Shown one piece after another: positions 7,477 to 14,515 of a DNA stretch of 15,627 bases. Under the pieces are notes generated by a model. That model had not been told where the DNA came from. It saw nothing but the letters and a program-made list of their open reading frames with translations, and made no database searches. Made by a program: the position numbers and the translations under genes. Each line of letters opens with the position of its first letter. Within the stretch, counting starts at the first letter, position 1. Source of the stretch: Pseudomonadota bacterium (GTDB taxonomy: Bacteria > UBA10199 > 2-02-FULL-44-16 > JAAZCA01); NCBI GenBank assembly GCA_043822785.1, contig JBDRBN010000144.1, positions 1 through 15,627 of the forward strand, given 5' to 3'.

Positions 7477-8898
7477 GGGTCAATCCCAATCTTAGTTGAA
7501 ATTTGAAAAGCGGTTCGGTTCATATCATGCAGCTTTCTTCATTTTCTTTTCATTGAGTTTGAGTTCCTTTTTCAAAGCAGCTCTTAGTTTATGAAGATGA
7601 CGATAACCGGCTATGCGGTTGAGTCGTGGTTCAATGTCAAGCAGGGTTGAAGCAAGCCACCTCTGCCGCTGTGACGAACTCTTCCAGTTATCAACCTTTC
7701 CGCAACGCTGTTCGATAAGCGCATTGACCGACTCCATGCAATTGGTTGTCTTCAAGCTTTTCCCCACTAGAGGAAAAACGCCCAGACGATGAAGTGTAAG
7801 TGTTTCCTCAAAACCTTCATCAAGGCTTCCGACAGCCGATTGATTCCGATCCTCCAAATCTCTCCTGATTTTCATAAGCTCCCGCTTTGATTCGTCATAG
7901 GTCGGCCGATCATAGGCGCGCTGCAAACGCTTCCGTAACACTGGCTGTTCTTCCTTTGAAACATACGACACCACGTTCTCGCGTTTATGCCAATTACAGC
8001 GATGAATGAGCACCCGTCCGGCAAGCGCTTTCCGGATGCCGGCAAGAAGACCCTTCGATCCGTCAACTACCACCAGTACACCCTCGTCTATGTTGAGCCC
8101 TCGGGAAAGCAGGCCACGCAAGAATTCGCTCGTCACACGCTCATTCTCCGTACTCGCTTCGACAAACCCCAACACGACCTTCGATCCCTCGAGTGTCACC
8201 CCCAGCGCAACGATGAGATCGTCTTTCGAAAATGTCTTCCCATCCAATACGATCACTACGATGTTGTGGGTAGAAAGATCCCGATTCTGCAACGCCTTCA
8301 GTTGTTTGCCACTCGCGCGGACGAACCTGCGCGAAACCGAAGATGACGAAAGACCGAAGGCTTCTGGCACCGCCATCGCTGCTGCCTCATAATCGCGACA
8401 CGACAAACCCTTGAGCACACGGATCAGCGACGCATCATCGCAATCCTTTCCATGATGCAATCGCCGATAGCTCGCCAATGGTATCTCTTCCCCTCCAGCT
8501 CGATCGCGTACGCGCGGAACCGAGACCCCAACCCGTTGCCCGCCAAGAACCACCGATCCCGGATTCTTGCCATACCGAACAGGTCCAGTACGCGCGTACC
8601 GTTCTCCGGCAAGAGCCATAACCTCAGTTTCGAGTTCCTCCTCTACCTTCATCAGCGCCAGCGGTATCAAGGCCTGAATCAGCTCAACGCGGCTATCCAC
8701 GCCGAGTTCGCCATACTCCTCGCTGCTTATGACCTTTGCCATTTTGCGATATTTTCTCTTGGACTTTCGACCAATCCTGGCTATCTTCCTCATGGCGGTT
8801 CCTCCTGTTTTCGGTAGTGGTTGACTTCTCAAATCCACCTCTACCAGGTTTGGAACCGCTTTTCTTTACCCAATTTCAACTAACTTTAACACACACCC
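7477..8898 (-). mobile_element. Complete IS256-family insertion sequence, 1422 bp
   Basis: Flanked by the 8-bp direct repeat TTTTGGGG (7469-7476 and 8899-8906). Terminal IRs 7477-7503 and 8872-8898 match at 19/27, including GGGT and TTAGTTGAAATT. A second IR block GAAAAGCGGTTC lies at 7505-7516 / 8853-8864. Visibly more GC-rich than the flanks. Confidence 0.93.
7525..8793 (-). CDS. IS256 (Mutator-like) DDE transposase, 422 aa
   Basis: Motifs VPRVRD, GLSCRDY, VLDGK (D), VVVDGSKGL (D), HRCNWHK and TTNCMESVN (E); GGAGG SD before ATG at 8793. Confidence 0.93.
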   Translation of the reverse strand: MRKIARIGRKSKRKYRKMAKVISSEEYGELGVDSRVELIQALIPLALMKVEEELETEVMALAGERYARTGPVRYGKNPGSVVLGGQRVGVSVPRVRDRAGGEEIPLASYRRLHHGKDCDDASLIRVLKGLSCRDYEAAAMAVPEAFGLSSSSVSRRFVRASGKQLKALQNRDLSTHNIVVIVLDGKTFSKDDLIVALGVTLEGSKVVLGFVEASTENERVTSEFLRGLLSRGLNIDEGVLVVVDGSKGLLAGIRKALAGRVLIHRCNWHKRENVVSYVSKEEQPVLRKRLQRAYDRPTYDESKRELMKIRRDLEDRNQSAVGSLDEGFEETLTLHRLGVFPLVGKSLKTTNCMESVNALIEQRCGKVDNWKSSSQRQRWLASTLLDIEPRLNRIAGYRHLHKLRAALKKELKLNEKKMKKAA

Positions 8899-9617
8899 TT
8901 TTGGGGATTGAAGAAAACAATCTTCCAATTCCTAACGCTGCTGAATGGGAACTCAAGTGCCATCGTTTAAAGTCAACTTCCCTTGTAACTCTTTTTCATT
9001 TAGAACCATCACCACGTGGTTTGCGCATTGTGCCAAATATTCTATTGCCTTTGTATGGATGGCGGCATGAAAAGGCAGGGAAGGTTCATCCAAAAACCGA
9101 AAAGAGTTTCAGACAGACAATATCTTCTCTTGGGCGTAGCGATCGGGGTTTTGCTGTGATCGTAGATAATTCAAACAACAAAATATTAGTGTCTTTTGAT
9201 TATAGAGAAGTCAACTCACGACATGCAGGGTGGCTTAAAGACGTTGAGCATGCAGTTGGTTTGAAGGAGCTTGAGCCACAACCCTATTGGGGTTTTGACG
9301 ATCTATATCATAAGGCTGCAACTAAGTTGCATAATTGTTTTTTTGTGGAGGCTGCAGTTAAAAGAGATAGTGGTAAGGATTATTATGAATATCAGAAATT
9401 AACTATGTTATCGGGATTTTCGAAAGATAAATTTATTGGTGCTATAGAAAGAGGAGATATCTTGGTAGATTTTGATGCGCGAACTGGTCATAATCATGGC
9501 ACAAAATTTAGATTTAGAAAGAATAAATTATCATCCTTATATGATGAGGTGGCTGATTTATAAATCTTAAAACTCACGAAAACGGCTTGTCATGAGAATG
9601 TCATAGGGGGAGGTATT

Positions 9618-9914
9618 GTGAATATCAAGCACATCATTCTAATGTCGATGGTGCTTATTCTTTGTGCAAGCTGCACGCGCAATCTTAAGAAATATACATA
9701 CACCTGCGATGATGGTAGTAGACTAACAGCAACGTTCGATAACAAGCAGGATAACATGACCTTAACGATGGCTGGCAAAACACTAACGCTCAATCATCTT
9801 ATCTCTGGCTCTGGCGCCAGATACGGCGACGAAAATATAGTCTTCTGGATCAAAGGCGATGAAGCGCGCTTAATTCAAGGTGATAAGACGACGAACTGTA
9901 AAGTGCTCGAGTAA
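9618..9914 (+). CDS. mliC: MliC/PliC-family lysozyme-inhibitor lipoprotein
   Basis: Lipobox LCASC, YTCDDG, signature SGSGARY, FWIKGDEA and a C-terminal Cys; GGAGGT SD before GTG. Confidence 0.88.
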   Translation: MNIKHIILMSMVLILCASCTRNLKKYTYTCDDGSRLTATFDNKQDNMTLTMAGKTLTLNHLISGSGARYGDENIVFWIKGDEARLIQGDKTTNCKVLE

Positions 9915-9933
9915 ATATGGGACGCCTCTGTTT

Positions 9934-10728
9934 ATGCCGTTTATCAAATGCAATGACATAAATATTTATTATGAAAAAACAGGCAATGGTCCCCCGCTCG
10001 TTATGATCAACGGTCTGGGTTGCGATACCCGCATTTTGAGTTTTTGCGCCAAACATCTGAGCGCATCCTTTACCGTGCTATTGTTTGACATGCGCGGCGT
10101 AGGGCAAAGCGACAAGCCCAAAGAGCCCTATACAATAGATCAGTTTTCAAAAGACCTGCGTGCGCTCATGACCCAGGTGTTTGGTGAAAGCGCGCATGTT
10201 GTGGGTTTTTCTATGGGTGGATGCGTTGCAATGGACTTGGCATTGCGCTCTTTGGATCTGGTAAAAACATTAACGTTAGTTTCCACGCTGCCTTCTTTTA
10301 GCAGGCCTCATCCAATGTCAGATGAAATAAGCGCGCTGCTTCACCGTACAGATGTGTCGCCTAAGCTTCTGTCGGAAGTATACGAAAAGATGTTTGGTCC
10401 TGAATTCAAAAAAACCGTTTCATGCGAGAGCTATATAAAACAAAGGCTGGAAGATCCAATACCTCAACCTGCTTATGCATATTTAAACCAGCTAAACGCC
10501 CTAGAGAATTTTGATCTGTACGACGAAGTGCATAAGATATCGCAGCCTGCTTTGGTTGTTGCCGGAAGCTGCGATCAGATCGTTCCTATAGACAATTCCC
10601 GTTGGTTAAACGATGCGCTTCCTGATTCGAATTTGAATATCCTTCCAAATGTCGGCCACATGATTCCACTCGAAGCGCCAGAGAAATTGGCACAGAGCAT
10701 ATGCTCGCACATACAATCTAACCAATAA
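9934..10728 (+). CDS. Alpha/beta-fold hydrolase
   Basis: FDMRGVGQS, nucleophile elbow GFSMGG, GSCDQIV (Asp) and GHMIPLEAP (His). The start is placed at ATG 9934, after the mliC stop. Confidence 0.9.
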   Translation: MPFIKCNDINIYYEKTGNGPPLVMINGLGCDTRILSFCAKHLSASFTVLLFDMRGVGQSDKPKEPYTIDQFSKDLRALMTQVFGESAHVVGFSMGGCVAMDLALRSLDLVKTLTLVSTLPSFSRPHPMSDEISALLHRTDVSPKLLSEVYEKMFGPEFKKTVSCESYIKQRLEDPIPQPAYAYLNQLNALENFDLYDEVHKISQPALVVAGSCDQIVPIDNSRWLNDALPDSNLNILPNVGHMIPLEAPEKLAQSICSHIQSNQ

Positions 10729-10744
10729 ACCATCAGTTATTTCT

Positions 10745-11563
10745 CTACCACATGCCTGCAATGGTGATGAGCCCGCCGCCGTGGGCAGGCTGAACAGAAA
10801 CCAAAGGTGTTTTTGGATTGCGCGCGCGCGGCCTGTGAAAGAGATAAGGGATGCCAAAACCAAATGCAGATCCGATTGCCGCACCTGCGATAACATCTGT
10901 GAGATAGTGCCGATCAGATGCAATACTTAAGTATCCGGTAGTCGCGGCAATTCCCAGGCCTGCGCCCCAGATCCAGGGCGCAAGGCTGTAGCCGCGCATG
11001 CTTGCCACGGTGCCGCTCGATACGGCCAATGCAAAGGCGAGCGTGGTGTGGCCGGAATAAAAGGAGATGTTGTCACTAGGGCTTTGCGAGCCGCCTCCAA
11101 AATGGGCGTAGGGACGCTGGCGGCCGGAGGCGATCTTCACAATCTGCCCGGTAAAAGCAGCAAGCGTACTTGCTTCGGCAATGATCAGCGCATCTGTAAG
11201 AAAATTAGAGATATTGCCGCTTTGATGAGCCGCAAAGGCATCCAGCCCAAAAGCTGCAAGTGGCGCCAAGGCAAAGCCGGTTATGTGAACAGCTCTGTTG
11301 GCACTGCCCGTGTTTGACCACCTAATGTTGTCATGTCCCCACTTGTCAAACGCGTTAACATCACACCACCTGCATCCGGCCGGCGCCATCTGACCCATAG
11401 CTGCCATGGTGATGATCCAGCCAGATGCGGCAATAGAGGTTGCTGCAAGGTCTATCTTCCAGTTTAACCGGAGTTCTTCGGGCTCCTTTGCCATGGCGGC
11501 GCCCGGCAGAAATATGGCGATCAGCGCTGCAATCGCAATCCATTTGGATATTTTGGCAATCAT
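10745..11563 (-). CDS. PAP2-family phosphatase-like membrane protein with signal peptide
   Basis: C1 KIASGRQRP, C2 SFYSGH and C3 ...HYLTDV motifs; N-terminal signal peptide and several hydrophobic helices. Confidence 0.87.
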   Translation of the reverse strand: MIAKISKWIAIAALIAIFLPGAAMAKEPEELRLNWKIDLAATSIAASGWIITMAAMGQMAPAGCRWCDVNAFDKWGHDNIRWSNTGSANRAVHITGFALAPLAAFGLDAFAAHQSGNISNFLTDALIIAEASTLAAFTGQIVKIASGRQRPYAHFGGGSQSPSDNISFYSGHTTLAFALAVSSGTVASMRGYSLAPWIWGAGLGIAATTGYLSIASDRHYLTDVIAGAAIGSAFGFGIPYLFHRPRARNPKTPLVSVQPAHGGGLITIAGMW

Positions 11564-11741
11564 GGCGTGCTATGTATTAGCAACAATAACCTTTGGCAAC
11601 AGAGCAATGAAAACCAAGTAACCAAATGCATGGTCGAGTGAGCAACGCATGTGTGTAACGCTAATCAAATTGCCTATGTCCATATAAATTTGGCTAAACA
11701 CTATAAAACTGAATATTTACAACATGTTGAACATGATAGAT

Positions 11742-11807
11742 GTATTCAAAATGAATACGACTCCTTCATTATTTTTTTCGAATTTAGAGCTGATTATGAG
11801 AGAATAT
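11742..11807 (+). promoter_or_regulatory. Palindromic operator GTATTCA-AAA-TGAATAC plus putative promoter of the TIGR02147 gene
   Basis: Same architecture and spacing as 13247-13312. Confidence 0.7.
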
Positions 11808-11825
11808 ATGTAGGAAGGGGTGCTC

Positions 11826-12662
11826 ATGGTAAAACCGAATGTATTCAAATACGATGATTACAGAGCTTACCTTAAAGACTGGTATGTTTTGATGAAGAAA
11901 AGCAACAGCGCTTTTTCGTACAGGGCGTTCTCAAGGTGGGCAGGGCTTAAGTCTCCAAACCACCTGCAATTAGTAATAAAAGGTAAAAGAAATATTACAA
12001 AATCAACACTTCCAGTTTTTCAGAAAATACTAAAGCTCAAGTGTCGTGAAAAAAGATATTTCGAACTGCTTGTAAATTTTAATCAGTCAACAACTCCAGA
12101 ATCAAAGGCGTCATACCTTAAAGAAATGTCTTCATATCTCAAAAGATATGGCGAGACGCTTAAGCACAATCAGTACGAGTATCTTGTAAGGTGGTATTTT
12201 CCTGTTTTACGCGAACTGGTTACCACAAAAGATTTTAAAGAAAATCCCAGGCTGCTTGCAAAGCGTATAGGGCAAGGCATTACTCCAAGGCAGGTAAGAG
12301 AGGCAATTGACAAGCTTAAGGAATTGGAATTGCTTAAATATGATAAGAACAAAAGGCTCATTCAAGCTCAGTCGGTGCTTTCAACAGGGCCAGAATCGTT
12401 TGAATCGGCGGTCTATTTCTATCATGATCAGATGTTGCAAATGGCCAGAGATGCGCTTCATAAACAGCCACCTGAAGAACGATATTTTGCCGGCATGACT
12501 TTTGCGTGTAAGAAAGAGGATGTTTCTGAGATTGCACAGATCATAAATGATTTCAGGGCTCAGATTATTAGTTATCTTGATGGCAGGGGAGCAAAGAACG
12601 ATGATGAAGAAGTATACCAATTAGGAATACAGCTTCATCGTTTAACAACGCCAAAAGGCTGA
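11826..12662 (+). CDS. TIGR02147-family protein (putative DNA-binding protein)
   Basis: Motifs VFKYDDYRAYLKDWY, FSYRAFSRWAGLKSPNHL..VIKGKRN, YFELLVNFNQ, WY..VLRELV, YHDQMLQMARDAL and EVYQLGIQL; SD AGGAAGGGG favours ATG 11826. Confidence 0.88.
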   Translation: MVKPNVFKYDDYRAYLKDWYVLMKKSNSAFSYRAFSRWAGLKSPNHLQLVIKGKRNITKSTLPVFQKILKLKCREKRYFELLVNFNQSTTPESKASYLKEMSSYLKRYGETLKHNQYEYLVRWYFPVLRELVTTKDFKENPRLLAKRIGQGITPRQVREAIDKLKELELLKYDKNKRLIQAQSVLSTGPESFESAVYFYHDQMLQMARDALHKQPPEERYFAGMTFACKKEDVSEIAQIINDFRAQIISYLDGRGAKNDDEEVYQLGIQLHRLTTPKG

Positions 12663-12664
12663 AT

Positions 12665-13171
12665 ATGAAAAAGATAAAGTTAGCAATATTATTTTTGTTA
12701 GCATCATTTATCATTTCCTGCGGGGTGACTGATGTAGGCAATCCTACGGGAACGGTCATTCTGACCGGTAAAATAGAATCCGCGTTGGCTGATGCCAATG
12801 TCTCGCCATTGCTTTCTTTTGAGAATGATTCGGCGGTGGAAATCGACACGTCTTTGTTGATGGTTAAAGCTTTTGACGAGAACAACAGGCTGTATTCGGC
12901 GGACGTTGACCTTGAGGGTTACTTTAACCTCTCTCTATCTATAGGACACACATATTCAGTATTTGTGTACTATGGTGAATCCAGTTTAGGAGGATTTAGC
13001 TTTGAACAGGATGATCAGGGAAATCGCAACAATAGGTTAGAAATCGACAGTGCACAGCCCGATGGCGAGGTCATCGACCTTGGATCAGTGCACTACAGGG
13101 ACGGTTCTTTTGAGCCTCAAAACGAACCCAGACGTCAGATGGGATCGTCTCAGGATATTGTATTCAATTAA
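12665..13171 (+). CDS. Hypothetical lipoprotein
   Basis: MKKIK + hydrophobic core + lipobox IISC, followed by TDVGNP; starts 2 nt after the TIGR02147 stop. Confidence 0.8.
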   Translation: MKKIKLAILFLLASFIISCGVTDVGNPTGTVILTGKIESALADANVSPLLSFENDSAVEIDTSLLMVKAFDENNRLYSADVDLEGYFNLSLSIGHTYSVFVYYGESSLGGFSFEQDDQGNRNNRLEIDSAQPDGEVIDLGSVHYRDGSFEPQNEPRRQMGSSQDIVFN

Positions 13172-13242
13172 GGCTTCAATTATAACCATAATCAAGCGCT
13201 AATTTAATAATATTACATTAATATCATATAGTTATCAAAATC

Positions 13243-13312
13243 ATCCGTATTCATTATGAATACGGATTTTGTTTTATTTTAGTGAGACCAAGCATCTGCT
13301 GGAGTAGAATAT
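13243..13312 (+). promoter_or_regulatory. Palindromic operator ATCC-GTATTCA-TTA-TGAATAC-GGAT plus putative -10 TAGAAT
   Basis: 11-bp perfect arms at 13243-13267; TTATTTT at 13274; TAGAAT at 13305-13310. Confidence 0.72.
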
Positions 13313-13376
13313 TATTGGGAGGAAGAAACGATGAAACACATAATAAAGCAAAAGGGACTCAAAGAGAGGGGGAAAT

Positions 13377-14384
13377 ATGAAAAACTATCTTTATAGGAAC
13401 GCGTTGCTTTATGCAGCAGTGTTAACCTTGCTTGGCGCAGCTGTTTTACTTACAAGCTGCGGCTCATCTTCTACAGATGCAGTTGACAGCACAACAAGGC
13501 TTATATCAGGAGAAATAGCAACCCAGGATTCTGCGCTTTTATCAAAATACTCAAACACAACAACTTCAGATGCAGATACTGCTGACTGCATTGATACGCT
13601 CTGCAGCGTCAGAGCCATGAACGCACTTGGCCAGGGTGAGAATGGTGAAATTTATAGGTGGAATAACAGATGGCAAATCAGGCTGCGTGCCGGAACATGG
13701 ATGATAGGATTTTACAATCAAGATGAAGAGCTTGAAGGTTATTTAGAGATTAATGGTGAACAGACTTTTAAATTGGAAGCCGGTGATGACATCGATTTAG
13801 GACAGATGACCCATAGATATCGCCATATGGTAATGTTTGCAGACGTTGAAGGGCTTGGTGAAATGGGCTTCAGATCAGCCTATGGTCGTGACTGCGATTT
13901 TGACGGCATCTTGGATTCTATAGATTCAGATACAGAATGTGCAGCAGATGACCCAACAATTTTTTCGATAATAAAGGTAAAGCCTTATGCTGGTCATAAA
14001 TTGGTTGCGCCGTGCAGACCTATTAAAATCGTATTTAACCAGGCGGTTGACGAGGCTACTTTAAATTCAGATTCAATAATAGTAACTGATGCAAATGGAG
14101 CTGTGGTTGAAGGCGAGTTCGGCTATGAAGAACATTTGGATGATGAATCCGGATTAGCGGAATACGTTGTTAGATTTACTCCTTTAGGAGCATATGAGCT
14201 TGGCGATGAGATTACAGTCTCTGTTTCTTCATCTGTTGATGGAGTGCTGAATCTGCTTGGTGAGGTGCTGGATCAAGACTATATTTGGAGCTTTACGGTT
14301 AGGGATTTTGGTGGCAGCAACCCTAGCTGTCATGATCCTGACCAGGAATACAATCGAGAAAGACAACGTGCAAAACAAGACTAA
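13377..14384 (+). CDS. Lipoprotein with C-terminal Ig-like (Big_5/SbsA-type) domain
   Basis: Lipobox LTSC; Ca-binding-like DCDFDGILDSIDSD; Big_5-like pattern IKIVFNQAVD..TL...VRFTP...YIWSFTV; GAGGGGG SD. Confidence 0.8.
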   Translation: MKNYLYRNALLYAAVLTLLGAAVLLTSCGSSSTDAVDSTTRLISGEIATQDSALLSKYSNTTTSDADTADCIDTLCSVRAMNALGQGENGEIYRWNNRWQIRLRAGTWMIGFYNQDEELEGYLEINGEQTFKLEAGDDIDLGQMTHRYRHMVMFADVEGLGEMGFRSAYGRDCDFDGILDSIDSDTECAADDPTIFSIIKVKPYAGHKLVAPCRPIKIVFNQAVDEATLNSDSIIVTDANGAVVEGEFGYEEHLDDESGLAEYVVRFTPLGAYELGDEITVSVSSSVDGVLNLLGEVLDQDYIWSFTVRDFGGSNPSCHDPDQEYNRERQRAKQD

Positions 14385-14515
14385 CGCAACACGATTAACG
14401 CGGCGGGCCTTTTCTTAGATTCACTGGCTTGGCATAAGCCACGTTCATATTGATGAGATTTTTTCGTTGTGGTAATAATTATAAATTAATATAGAGCTCC
14501 GCTGAGATAATTACC

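Larger units (their letters stand above)
7348..9563 (+). pseudogene. MvaI/BcnI-family restriction endonuclease interrupted by an IS256-family element
   Basis: 7348-7476 encodes MPRIYSK...GGIGNTLEDLLG, and 8907-9563 continues IEENNLPIPNAAEWELK...HNHGTKFR. Removing the IS and one target-duplication copy restores a 261-aa open frame. Confidence 0.92.

Noticed and set aside
7872..8817. Five short ORFs overlapping the transposase
   Set aside because: Shadow frames in GC-richer IS DNA, with no recognisable motifs.
8736..8906. N-terminal 57 aa of track ORF 8736..9563
   Set aside because: Lies in the IS end and target duplication, partly antisense to the transposase; the true endonuclease N-terminus is at 7348-7476.
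11720..11729. Palindrome CAACATGTTG upstream of the TIGR02147 operator
   Set aside because: Single 10-bp occurrence with no counterpart at the second promoter.
11651..11857. 68-aa ORF upstream of TIGR02147
   Set aside because: GTG start with no convincing SD; it runs across the operator and promoter and overlaps the real gene out of frame.
14425..14441. Hairpin TGGCTT-ggcat-AAGCCA after the Ig-like lipoprotein
   Set aside because: Short stem with no following U-tract; insufficient to call a terminator.
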